Positions 36,726 to 45,662 of a stretch of DNA of 64,000 bases are shown here, one piece after another. The notes under the pieces are model-generated. The model was not told the DNA's origin. It ran no database searches and saw only the letters and a list, made by a program, of their open reading frames with translations. Positions within the stretch are counted from its first letter, which is position 1. Each line of letters begins with the position of its first letter. The position numbers and the translations under genes are program-made. This DNA comes from a phage, in assembly GCA_033664045.1 (NCBI GenBank), contig GCA_033664045.1_3674.1, one strand, 5' to 3'.

Positions 36726-37349
36726 ATGACCACCGTTAACATTACCACAGGTTACAATTTATCTTTCGACGTGCTGACCGATGAACAAAAAGAAAAAGCT
36801 ATTGAAATGGTCCGCGAAAGAGAAGAACACAGCGGGGATAACTTTTTTGCAGAAAGTGTAATTGAAGACTATAAAGAACATATCTTTCCAGAGTATGGCC
36901 TTGAAGATACCAAGGTACATTGGTCCGGATTTTGGTGCCAGGGCGACGGCGCATCAATCAGTGCGGAAAACGTGGATTTAGAAAAATTCTTGCGTAAAGT
37001 AAAGGCCCTTACCAAGTTCCGATCAATTCGTCACTTGTTCGGCACAATGCACGATGGCGAACTATCCGCAAGCGTTGAGCGTGATCCATATAGCCGCTAT
37101 AGTCACGAAAACACTGTAAGCGGGTACATCGATACTACATGGCTAGACCTGACCGCCAAACAAGAAAATAAAGTGGAAGATCTGGAAGAGCTGATCACCG
37201 AGACGGTACGGGAGCTATCCCGCAAGGTTTACGTAGACCTGGAGCAAGCTTATCTTGAACAATTTACTACCGAAAACCTGATCGGCCTTATCGAGGCCAA
37301 TGATTGGCGGTTTGATGTGGATGAATATGGCGAGATGACTTTTTCATAA
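36726..37349 (+). CDS. Hypothetical protein (207 aa)
   Basis: ACAGGAGAAAA site; largest gene of the small-gene block. Confidence 0.55.
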   Translation: MTTVNITTGYNLSFDVLTDEQKEKAIEMVREREEHSGDNFFAESVIEDYKEHIFPEYGLEDTKVHWSGFWCQGDGASISAENVDLEKFLRKVKALTKFRSIRHLFGTMHDGELSASVERDPYSRYSHENTVSGYIDTTWLDLTAKQENKVEDLEELITETVRELSRKVYVDLEQAYLEQFTTENLIGLIEANDWRFDVDEYGEMTFS

Positions 37350-37438
37350 ATAAAGTGTTGCAATAACCTAAAAACCTGCTATATTAAAACTCAAGGGGCA
37401 AGACGTTTGCCCCCACACAAAACAAAGAGGAAAACATC

Positions 37439-37819
37439 ATGAAAAACACCACTAAAGCTATTGACACCGTTATGTTTAACCTGGTTACCTTTCGCGAGGA
37501 TATGAAAGATCTTCCGCGTGAAACAGTGTGCGACCATATCGAAAACTATCGCAAACTAATCAAAGAGTTGCCTTTAAAACGTGATCAGTATGCGGCTAAC
37601 GCCATGCTTAATGCCATGATCAAAAAGATGATCCAGTGTGATTTAACTCTGGCCTATGACTATGCGGGTGGTCGTTTTGCAGTATACAATCAGCCCGTGC
37701 CTGGTATGAGCACCACCGAAGAATTGCACGCGCTCAATCTAAAACAAGACGTGTGGGATAGTATGCCTCGCGTGGTGGTATGGGTAGAAAGCGGAAAGAT
37801 TTACGGCGATAATTTTTAA
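37439..37819 (+). CDS. Hypothetical protein
   Basis: AAGAGGAAAA site. Confidence 0.5.
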   Translation: MKNTTKAIDTVMFNLVTFREDMKDLPRETVCDHIENYRKLIKELPLKRDQYAANAMLNAMIKKMIQCDLTLAYDYAGGRFAVYNQPVPGMSTTEELHALNLKQDVWDSMPRVVVWVESGKIYGDNF

Positions 37820-37883
37820 TCAGGTAACAGGCGGCATATTTGCCGCCTTATTGTTAATCAGAACTGTAAAAGAGGTACATAGA

Positions 37884-38255
37884 ATGGAATTTATTATTTT
37901 GGCTGTACTGGTTGCCTTGTTTAACGCCTGGATCGCTGGCAAGATGGGAAGATCCGCCTTTTTATGGTTTATTATATCTATTTTCCTGGGGGTGGTTGCA
38001 ACTATTGTATTGGTTATCCTTGCAATTGTTGACAAGGGGAATAATAGAAAGGGTAAAGTATTTTCAGACCTGTACGACGCTCAAACGTTTGTCAACGCCT
38101 ATTATAGTGATCTCCCAGTCTCCCTACGTTGCAGCCTTGCACAACAGGTTTTCGATGAAGCTAAAACCAGAGATCACGCCCATGAGATTTGTTTAACTGA
38201 GGCGGATCGCTTATTTGAGAGGAATAGAAAATATGTGGGCCAGCCGTTTAAATAA
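37884..38255 (+). CDS. Membrane protein (two transmembrane helices)
   Basis: MEFIILAVLVALFNAWIA and FLWFIISIFLGVVATIVLVILAIV; AGAGG site. Confidence 0.5.
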   Translation: MEFIILAVLVALFNAWIAGKMGRSAFLWFIISIFLGVVATIVLVILAIVDKGNNRKGKVFSDLYDAQTFVNAYYSDLPVSLRCSLAQQVFDEAKTRDHAHEICLTEADRLFERNRKYVGQPFK

Positions 38256-38454
38256 TACCACGTTAATTAATCCGCTTAGTGAAGATTTGAGGCCAGCCGC
38301 CTGGCGGGATGGATTCAATAATGAAAGCTTTATTTTCAGGCCTGATCTTAAGGAATTTTATAACAATGGATCGGACAACGACAGAGATAATTTTTCTTGT
38401 AATGTGCGTGGTGATAATACTCCTGGGGGCCATTGCAAACCACGTAACTGCTAA
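38233..38454 (+). CDS. Hypothetical protein (uncertain)
   Basis: Track ORF trimmed to ATG 38233; overlaps the neighbour; competes with another ORF in a different frame. Confidence 0.3.
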   Translation: MWASRLNNTTLINPLSEDLRPAAWRDGFNNESFIFRPDLKEFYNNGSDNDRDNFSCNVRGDNTPGGHCKPRNC

Positions 38455-38474
38455 CAGGGGGAAGGGGGGAGACG

Positions 38475-38594
38475 ATGACAACCAAGGATAAGCCCCGCAC
38501 CGATAAGGCGCGCCGTGCTATGGTATGGCTTGAGATCATCGCCCTTGAAATATTGTTAGGTGTAGGGATGTATTTTATCGCTGTAAGTAACTGA
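38475..38594 (+). CDS. Small membrane peptide (39 aa)
   Basis: Hand-translated; GGGGGGAG site; hydrophobic WLEIIALEILLGVGMYFIAV; terminator follows. Confidence 0.4.
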   Translation: MTTKDKPRTDKARRAMVWLEIIALEILLGVGMYFIAVSN

Positions 38595-38598
38595 TAAC

Positions 38599-38640
38599 GG
38601 CCCCCGATCCCTGGGGGCCTAACTTTTTAAAATTTTTTTC
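38599..38640 (+). terminator. Rho-independent terminator
   Basis: GGCCCCC-GATCCCT-GGGGGCC followed by TAACTTTTTAAAATTTTTTT. Confidence 0.6.
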
Positions 38641-38650
38641 TCCTTGGGTG

Positions 38651-38678
38651 TTGCAATCCGATCCAGAATATGGATAAT
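38651..38678 (+). promoter_or_regulatory. Sigma70-like promoter (conserved AATATGGATAATA core)
   Basis: TTGCAA, 16-bp spacer, GATAAT; nearly identical -10 region at 39482-39497. Confidence 0.5.
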
Positions 38679-38737
38679 AACAATCAACGGGGAGACACTC
38701 CCCACCACACAGACAAAATTCCAAAAGGAGAAACAAA

Positions 38738-38938
38738 ATGAGCAACAATATCCGCGTTATTAACTTCAAAAAAGAAGAAAAAATTGCTGTGCTGGTTGAT
38801 GGTCAAGAAATCTTCAAGGGCGACTATGAAGATCATCAAACGGCGATTAGTATCACTCGCGTGATCGGTTACCATAATTTCTACCCCCAAGGCGCTGAGG
38901 CAGCAGTTAAACGAATCAAAGAGATTGTAGGCCTGTAA
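38738..38938 (+). CDS. Hypothetical protein
   Basis: AAAGGAGAAA site. Confidence 0.5.
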   Translation: MSNNIRVINFKKEEKIAVLVDGQEIFKGDYEDHQTAISITRVIGYHNFYPQGAEAAVKRIKEIVGL

Positions 38939-38986
38939 AATTTATTTTTAGATGGCCTTTACTTCAGGGCCATCAATAAAGTAAAT
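38938..38986. repeat. Conserved intergenic element, copy 3
   Basis: AAATTTATTTTTAGATGGCCTTTACTTCAGGGCCATCAATAAAGTAAAT. Confidence 0.75.
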
Positions 38987-39029
38987 TTAAACCCTGTTAA
39001 AATAATCAGTGCAAAAAGGAGTAATGATC

Positions 39030-39329
39030 ATGTTTATACCCGCCAATAATCTTTATTTCTTTGATGGTCAGATCGTAGACGGTGTGGAAGTGGAGATCAC
39101 TGGGTGCCCTGGTGGTCAGGCTATGACTTTTCGGAATAATGCCTTTGATGATTCTCATATCGTTATGAGAATGGAAGTTACAAAGCTGGACGACAAGAAA
39201 ACGCTTATTGACTATTCCGTGAAAGATCATCCAGACTACCACATGATCTATGGTGATTTGTGTATTGTTGACCGTGACAAGGTGGGCGGCATTGTGATCG
39301 CTATTGTGAACGATGTTTTCTCTGAATAA
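39030..39329 (+). CDS. Hypothetical protein
   Basis: AAAAGGAG site; ATG 39030. Confidence 0.5.
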   Translation: MFIPANNLYFFDGQIVDGVEVEITGCPGGQAMTFRNNAFDDSHIVMRMEVTKLDDKKTLIDYSVKDHPDYHMIYGDLCIVDRDKVGGIVIAIVNDVFSE

Positions 39330-39469
39330 TTCCGGCAAATGATGCAAAATAAGGCCCCTAGCAGGGCCTGCAGCGATATAATCACATAAAGGCTATGCGG
39401 TTGCATGGCCTTTATTATTTTAGCGTTACAGCGGCCCCCAAGGCGCTTAAAAAATTTTTAAAGAAGTAC

Positions 39470-39497
39470 TTGCATCAAGCCCTACAATATGGATAAT
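39470..39497 (+). promoter_or_regulatory. Sigma70-like promoter (conserved AATATGGATAATA core)
   Basis: TTGCAT, 16-bp spacer, GATAAT. Confidence 0.5.
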
Positions 39498-39553
39498 AGG
39501 ACGTGTCAGGGGGGCGGCCCCAATCATTAACCGGATAGATAGGAGTTAAAACC

Positions 39554-39838
39554 ATGGCTATTGTTACTGCTGGCGATGTAGTAGAAATGGAAGCAAAATA
39601 CTTAAAAGCGGGTATGCATATCCTACGGAATGATCAAGAGTTATTATTAACGATGGTCGACTATAATCCCGGCCAGGATTATCCAAGCATCGACTACTTT
39701 TTTGAGTATGTTGATGAAGAATTAAAAGAGGATGAGGCCTATTGCGGTGAGTTCTGCAATTTCTTTTGTCCTGATGAGGTTGTAAAGGTTATCTATCAAC
39801 CTGGCGTAGCTTTCCCTCTGCACGCTATCAATAAATAA
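39554..39838 (+). CDS. Hypothetical protein
   Basis: TAGGAG site. Confidence 0.5.
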   Translation: MAIVTAGDVVEMEAKYLKAGMHILRNDQELLLTMVDYNPGQDYPSIDYFFEYVDEELKEDEAYCGEFCNFFCPDEVVKVIYQPGVAFPLHAINK

Positions 39839-39903
39839 ACCTGGCGGGGCCGAAAAGGCCCCTACAGCATAAAATCATAAAAAATAAAGAGAGGCAAATC
39901 ATC

Positions 39904-40137
39904 ATGATGGAACAAATTAAACGCGCTGAGGCTATTAATGGCAATGTGATCTATTTTGTCAGCAAAAACGAAAAAGGCGTACCATATGCGGCGGTAATAG
40001 TACAGCCTGACGGAGATTATTGGTTTACTGTATACGGATCTTATTCTTTTGGGCGTCCAGTGCATGATAAAATTTTGAAAGTAGCGAACCCCACCGGGAA
40101 GAATATCACGGCAGAAAAATTTTTTGAAAAGTGTTGA
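39904..40137 (+). CDS. Hypothetical protein
   Basis: AAAGAGAGG site. Confidence 0.5.
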   Translation: MMEQIKRAEAINGNVIYFVSKNEKGVPYAAVIVQPDGDYWFTVYGSYSFGRPVHDKILKVANPTGKNITAEKFFEKC

Positions 40138-40164
40138 CATGACCATATAAAACTGTAGTATATA
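40134..40164 (+). promoter_or_regulatory. Sigma70-like promoter
   Basis: TTGACA then an AGTATATAA -10 region. Confidence 0.45.
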
Positions 40165-40212
40165 AATCAAAGGGGGCAACAAGCCCCACCAACCACAAAG
40201 AGGATAAAAATC

Positions 40213-40392
40213 ATGGCTATTATTGCAAAAACTGAGATCGTAGGCTTAGATTCTATTCTCCTCGCATATGAGGAAGCTATAGAAATGTATGTGGTTTCCT
40301 ATGGTGAGTATATCCGTGAATATAAATCTATTGATCTGGCTTTTGAATGTTATATTCGCCAGGTAAATAAAGCATATGATGATTATCGTTAA
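40213..40392 (+). CDS. Small hypothetical protein (59 aa)
   Basis: Hand-translated; AAGAGGATAAAAA site. Confidence 0.45.
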   Translation: MAIIAKTEIVGLDSILLAYEEAIEMYVVSYGEYIREYKSIDLAFECYIRQVNKAYDDYR

Positions 40393-40488
40393 AATAGTTT
40401 GACAACAAACAACCATCTAACAAAGCATAATACATAAGGTGGTAGAATGATCTGATCCGCCACCTGGAACAAAGAAGAGGTAAACACC

Positions 40489-40593
40489 ATGAAACAGAAA
40501 TTAATTGATGCAGTGATCTTGGTTATTGCCCTAGGTATTGGCCTGATTGCAACCATGGCTAATGTGATCTTGTCTTCCAACGGTATCGGGTGA
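40489..40593 (+). CDS. Small membrane peptide (34 aa)
   Basis: Hand-translated; AAGAAGAGG site; AVILVIALGIGLIATMANVIL. Confidence 0.4.
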   Translation: MKQKLIDAVILVIALGIGLIATMANVILSSNGIG

Positions 40594-40602
40594 GGTTGAC
40601 AA

Positions 40603-40818
40603 ATGATCACTAACAAAACAGGCAAAACGGAATTTTTACGCAACTTGCAGATCGGCAAGCCTGAGATCTGGTATTGCACTAAAACACCACGTGACGAAAT
40701 GAAAGACTTCACCGCCACGCTGCAACGGGTAAAGATATCTATCACGCAGAAAAAGGCCTTACTAGTGGTGGAAGGGGAGATCCCCCAAACCGTTGTTATA
40801 GTTGAGCGTACAGCATAG
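40603..40818 (+). CDS. Hypothetical protein
   Basis: Track ORF. Confidence 0.45.
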   Translation: MITNKTGKTEFLRNLQIGKPEIWYCTKTPRDEMKDFTATLQRVKISITQKKALLVVEGEIPQTVVIVERTA

Positions 40819-40907
40819 TTTAATCTATACCGTACGCCCCATTAACTAACAAAGCATAAACAGGCGGCGGTAACCGCCTTAAACGCAGCAGAAAGAGGAT
40901 AGACAAC

Positions 40908-41192
40908 ATGAAAAAGATGATCGCAGTGGTTGCCCTGGTTATTGGACTTAATGCGCCTGTAATGGCTAAAGAGCTGGCAAAAGAGGTAGATCTAACTGAT
41001 ATCCATGCCGTCAATCAAATCGGTGTTACTTATCGGTTATGCCTTGCCGCAAAAACTTTCCAGGATGGCACAACAGAGTACTACGGATTCGAAGGCATCC
41101 GGTGCGGTGAGCTTGCTCGCGACCTTAAAGAAGATCCAGACCTGGAGGATCTGCCGATAACCGTAAACGGGAAAACTTACGTGAACCGTTAA
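40908..41192 (+). CDS. Secreted small protein (signal peptide)
   Basis: MKKMIAVVALVIGLNAPVMA signal-like N-terminus; AAAGAGGA site. Confidence 0.5.
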   Translation: MKKMIAVVALVIGLNAPVMAKELAKEVDLTDIHAVNQIGVTYRLCLAAKTFQDGTTEYYGFEGIRCGELARDLKEDPDLEDLPITVNGKTYVNR

Positions 41193-41194
41193 CC

Positions 41195-41329
41195 ATGAGA
41201 AAGATAATTATCACCATGGGGATCGTGGCGGGATCGCTGGCGCTCTTTCTCCTTATGGTTAGGTATGTGCTGATCAGTATTGTCCTGACAGTCAGTGATC
41301 TATTGGAAACGGTTGGCACCTTGTTTTAA
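41195..41329 (+). CDS. Small membrane peptide (44 aa)
   Basis: Hand-translated; starts 3 nt after the previous stop; two hydrophobic segments. Confidence 0.4.
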   Translation: MRKIIITMGIVAGSLALFLLMVRYVLISIVLTVSDLLETVGTLF

Positions 41330-41342
41330 AGAGCGATAGAAA

Positions 41343-41534
41343 ATGAATATCGAACAAGTTAGAAAGGTATTAACGGTACTGCGTTATCATAATCATAGAA
41401 AGGTCATAGACGATCCTGATTATGTTGATTCAAGCCTGGAAGGGGATACACTGCAAGCCATAAGCAACATGCAAGAATTGCTCAAGCGCATGACAGAGAA
41501 AAACCGACCGGACTACATAGGCGAAAAAATATAA
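41343..41534 (+). CDS. Hypothetical protein
   Basis: Track ORF. Confidence 0.45.
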   Translation: MNIEQVRKVLTVLRYHNHRKVIDDPDYVDSSLEGDTLQAISNMQELLKRMTEKNRPDYIGEKI

Positions 41535-41550
41535 TCCTTATAAACTACAA

Positions 41551-41580
41551 AACAGGGCTTGCAATGGTCCTGTTTTTTGT
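41551..41580 (+). terminator. Rho-independent terminator
   Basis: AACAGG-GCTTGCAATGGT-CCTGTT followed by TTTTTG. Confidence 0.6.
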
Positions 41581-41614
41581 TATACTTGTTTCACGGGTGG
41601 CACCTGGCGACGGG

Positions 41615-41643
41615 GGGAGACAATCACCGGGGGTGCCCGTTAT
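41615..41643. repeat. Right arm of the perfect 29-bp inverted repeat
   Basis: GGGAGACAATCACCGGGGGTGCCCGTTAT is the reverse complement of 32802-32830. Confidence 0.8.
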
Positions 41644-41663
41644 ATAAAAAACTATAAAAACCG

Positions 41664-41692
41664 TTGACATCTGCCGGGTGGTGGGGTAGCAT
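41664..41692 (+). promoter_or_regulatory. Sigma70-like promoter
   Basis: TTGACA, 17-bp spacer, TAGCAT. Confidence 0.55.
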
Positions 41693-41746
41693 TTACCTTG
41701 AAGGGGCAAAAGTGCCCACACAACAACCAGAAGAGAGGAAAACACT

Positions 41747-42019
41747 GTGTCAAGCTGGATTAATCAAGAAGTAGAATCACGTTTTAATGCTATTTGGGAT
41801 CTCATCGAAAAAGAGGACGGAACATCAAGCCCCTACCTCAACAATTTGGAATTCCATTTTGTGGAAGCGATGAACGCAGAACATGATCACGAAGGTGGCG
41901 CGGATGATTTCGCTAAAGGTTATGGCTTTAACAATGCCAACGAAATGATCGAGTCGGTCGTACTCCAGGCTGAGGAAGATTATCAATTAAAAACGCTTGA
42001 ATTCTGCCGCCATAAGTAA
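41747..42019 (+). CDS. Hypothetical protein
   Basis: GTG start; AGAGAGGAAAA site. Confidence 0.5.
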   Translation: MSSWINQEVESRFNAIWDLIEKEDGTSSPYLNNLEFHFVEAMNAEHDHEGGADDFAKGYGFNNANEMIESVVLQAEEDYQLKTLEFCRHK

Positions 42020-42080
42020 TAAGATAATGACACGGGCCAAAAGGCCCACCAATCAGAACCGCACAAAGAGGAAAAACATC

Positions 42081-42344
42081 ATGAAACGTCTTGACCAGCT
42101 CAAATTAGTTCAATATATGGCTTATCGTGTTCTTGAAGTCCAAAAAGGTAGCAAAAAAGAGGTTTGCGAGAAAGCATATAAGATCTTTACCCGTAAAAAA
42201 GATGATTGGATGTTACGCCAGACCAAAAAGGCTGACATCTTGGGGTACCTGGAAGAAGAGATCCGGCTTGAAGAACAAGAAGAGATCCGCCGCAGTGAGG
42301 CAGATTATCAGGCAGCTTGGGAAAACTGGATGAGCAACAAATAA
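42081..42344 (+). CDS. Hypothetical protein
   Basis: AAGAGGAAAAA site; ATG 42081. Confidence 0.5.
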   Translation: MKRLDQLKLVQYMAYRVLEVQKGSKKEVCEKAYKIFTRKKDDWMLRQTKKADILGYLEEEIRLEEQEEIRRSEADYQAAWENWMSNK

Positions 42345-42411
42345 TACAACAAGTTACATGGTCAGGGGGCAATAAAGCCCCTTTATCGCATAAAAATTAT
42401 GCTATCCTTGG

Positions 42412-42440
42412 TTGACAGGGATCGGCAGTTTTGCTATATT
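42412..42440 (+). promoter_or_regulatory. Sigma70-like promoter
   Basis: TTGACA, 17-bp spacer, TATATT. Confidence 0.6.
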
Positions 42441-42489
42441 CTTTTTTGAAGGGAAGTTGTAAGAAAATTAACTAAGAGGTAAAAACACC

Positions 42490-42909
42490 ATGAACATTAA
42501 ATCTAATAATCCGGCATATAGCTTTGATAACGCTTTTTGTCACGGTCCGGCGGCGAAAGGATTCGAAATCGATGGTAAACTAATTATTGTCAATGTTGAC
42601 GGGGAAGAGGTTGCAGTATATCCGGTGGCAGACGTTAAAAGCCGTTTGCAATGCCGCATGGATGTTACCGCCTATCAGCTTGATCCGGTCCGCATAGTTG
42701 CCCTGGTCCTGGAAGAAGAAATTAAAGCCATGCACCATAGCAACAGGTTTATTGGTGACGCACAGGATAATATGAAGGTATGCCGCCATAAAGTTAATGA
42801 AGTGCTTAAAGAATATGGCTTTAAAGATCTGATGATCAAACGTGAGGAAAAATTCCGTTATCGTAACGACCTGGCAAATCGGATTTTTGAAATATACGAA
42901 TCATTATAA
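42490..42909 (+). CDS. Hypothetical protein
   Basis: AAGAGGTAAAAA site; terminator follows. Confidence 0.55.
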   Translation: MNIKSNNPAYSFDNAFCHGPAAKGFEIDGKLIIVNVDGEEVAVYPVADVKSRLQCRMDVTAYQLDPVRIVALVLEEEIKAMHHSNRFIGDAQDNMKVCRHKVNEVLKEYGFKDLMIKREEKFRYRNDLANRIFEIYESL

Positions 42910-42929
42910 TTTATTAACTGAATTATCAA

Positions 42930-42954
42930 GGGGCTTAAGGCCCCTTTCTTTTTG
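42930..42954 (+). terminator. Rho-independent terminator ending the rightward small-gene block
   Basis: GGGGC-TTAAG-GCCCC followed by TTTCTTTTTG. Confidence 0.65.
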
Positions 42955-43570
42955 TTTGCTCTTTTCCTACCACAAACGGCCCAGCCTGGCAAGTGGAATA
43001 ATTGACTAGCCATCAATCCCGCACACTGTACAAATATACATATAAAATAGATATTGCATAACCTTTCATTGTGTGGTAGCAGGGCCATTTTTACACGTTT
43101 TTCCTTCCAAAATTGCACGTAATGCAGCTATTGCACAAAATTTAACCTGATGCACATCTTCAGTATACTGTCAACAATTAAAAACCCTTATAAGTCATAC
43201 ACTTACACAAACCAAAAAGCGTGTCCTACGTGAAAAATCGGGTGTAACTATAGCCGACAGATCTCAGAATCCACGTACGATCACCATTCTATAGCCTGCA
43301 AAGTATTTATTCCAACCACAGAATAACGGAATAGTCAATACCTGTATAAAATAATTATTCGTATAAACTGCATAACATAAACCCGCCCAGGTGTCAACAT
43401 TTTTCGTAAACAGTCCGAAATTGTCACGGTGAGTTATCATAAATAGAGAAATATTTAGTCGTCTAATGTTTACTGTACATTACTATACTGACTGGAATCA
43501 TTAGATGACTAAGAGAAAGATAAGAAATAATTAACAATGTAAGTATTTTACCTGCAACAATAAGGCAACT

Positions 43571-43803
43571 ATGCAAACGAATGTCATGGCGCGACGGAGT
43601 CGCGACATAATATAAAAGCAGTAACCATCACCCCCGTGATAGTTTGTCTGCAAACTATTAATCAGATCATAGTTGCCTTGTATTTAGTTAATCATGACAT
43701 AACAAGCAAGGCAACTATAGATCTTCTAATAGTTGCCCTGCTTTTATATTATGTCATCTATTGTAAATCAGTTAATTGTTTTCATGCAAACGAATGTCAT
43801 GGC
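43571..43803. repeat. 20-bp perfect direct repeat pair and ATAGTTGCC repeats
   Basis: ATGCAAACGAATGTCATGGC at 43571-43590 and 43784-43803; ATAGTTGCC / GGCAACTAT at 43564, 43669, 43710, 43729; palindrome AGTTTGTCTGCAAACT at 43641. Confidence 0.7.
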
Positions 43804-43830
43804 TTATCATTTTTGAGTAAATAGTTTGTT

Positions 43831-44030
43831 TGTAAACAATCTATACGTAAACAGTTAACTATGTAAACTATTAGATATGTAAACTATTGGTTATGTAGAC
43901 TATCAGGAATGTAAACAGTAAAGCGAGTGAATAGTGAGAGCGTAAACAGTCAGGCATGTCAATTATGTTTAATGTGCCCAGTATGTCACTATTGTGTCTA
44001 AAGTGTCATAGTATGTCACAGTATGTCAGA
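43831..44030. repeat. Arrays of short direct repeats
   Basis: Seven copies of TGTAAAC-like motif at about 15-bp spacing (43831-43950), then four to five copies of GTATGTCA (43955-44030). Confidence 0.7.
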
Positions 44031-45446
44031 CAAGTTTTTCTCCTCTTTGTCAAGTGCTGCATGAAAAATTTACAAACTGGTATGGTAGCATTTTTGCGGC
44101 CCTGTTTACATTCAGTAATGTATGTATAATCCTTGTTGTGTGGGCGTTTGGACGTCTAGACGGTTGGAAGTCTGCAGGTCAATATCTAATCTATTGGCTG
44201 CTAACTATATCCCACACAAATAGTAAGAAATATGATTGTTATATGCGTAAACAGTAACTCATGTTATCAATCCCTGTATGTATCGCCAGTGGTGCGCATA
44301 ATGGGTATTATGTTAAATTGCCCGTAATGATAACTATTCTCACAATGATAGGTATTCTCATTCACCCCCACAAGATAGGTTGCAAATGTTGTGCCACTGT
44401 GTGAACGGCCTCACCTATTAATTTGCCTCACTGCCTCGATATTTGAGAATTGTTATAAGAATGAGAAGTATTCCCATTCCGTCCGCCTGGCAGCACTCCA
44501 GTCGCTACGGCTCATAACAGGGCAGAACTGGGTCCATTCAGATATTTCTGGCTGGCTCTTCAGGTCTGTGTGGGAAAAGCCAACCTCTCCTGCGGCGGGG
44601 AGGGGGTCAATTAAAAAATTTACGTGGTATATGTAGCGCTGTTCAGGTAAGGCATGTATTATGGGATGAAATCCTCTTCAGGCAATGATATTTGTGGGTG
44701 TGATATTTGCTGGAAAGCCAGATATGACGGGACTCCCGGCGGGGCAGGGGTGGTACAGACAGGGAAAATATGGAGGATGTGGTTGGGTGAATTGATCAGA
44801 CAGGTAGAGTATGGAATATGTTACAAGTATGTTAAATATGAAGGGTGAATATCTGTAGGATTTGTGTGTAAAATCAAAGACTTAAGTAGTGTTGTGGTAT
44901 TTTCTATAAATAATTCAAGTTTAATAGGTAATATTTGTCTCTATCCACTTTGTGTGGTAAACAAATTCAGATGAGATTGGTTTACAAGTGTATACATAAT
45001 ATACAAATTAAAGATACAAGAAACCCCCCTCCCCCTTCGGCTACCATTCACCTTTTCCTCTGACTGGTACTTAAACACTTATTCAGACTCTTCAGGTTAT
45101 CACCCATATATCATATGGCAGTGACTGGTGTCCTCCGGCCCCTCTTTCGTCACCCGTCCGCTTCGCCATGCTAATGCCATAGCCAAATGTTCGGTTGTTC
45201 ACCCTGTTCACTCAGGTGTATCTCCATACCCCTTCAAACCGAAGAGAACAGAAAACCCGAATTACTCGGTAAAAGAAAAGAGAAGAACTTAATTTTATCA
45301 AGATAGGCAAGAATGTCAAGGCATGACTGCTCACTAAACAAGCAAACAGTCATGTGCGGTAGGTAAGTGATTGTGGTTGTAGGAAATTTAATTGAAAGAT
45401 GTGTTATAGGTGCTTCCAGCACTTTAGCCTGGCAGCTAATTGTGTG

Positions 45447-45662
45447 TCAGTCCAGCGGTTCATCCTCTACTTCACTGAAATCAATGTTCATGGTCTCTTC
45501 CCAACCATCGATCTCAGCACAAGAGTGGAGTTCTTTAGGGTTTACTCCCAAAGCCTCAGCAACAGAGTCTATATTTAACACCTCTGGCAGGTATGATTCA
45601 TCGAATTCAAGGTAAATCAGGCCACGAGTGTTGTCAGCTCCACCAAATATTTCTATCTTCAT
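45447..45662 (-). CDS. Hypothetical acidic protein
   Basis: Track ORF; last gene of the leftward block. Confidence 0.45.
   Translation of the reverse strand: MKIEIFGGADNTRGLIYLEFDESYLPEVLNIDSVAEALGVNPKELHSCAEIDGWEETMNIDFSEVEDEPLD

Noticed and set aside
43831-44030. Possible CRISPR array in the repeat-rich region
   Set aside because: The repeats are only 8 to 12 bp, spaced about 15 bp apart, with no uniform spacers of 26 to 40 bp. They fit iterons or binding sites, not a CRISPR array.
42956-45446. Track ORFs 43636..43824, 44054..44257, 44391..44636, 44654..44848, 45234..45422 and 45367..45615 as genes
   Set aside because: No ribosome-binding sites, they sit inside repeats, are short and mixed in orientation; not annotated as coding.
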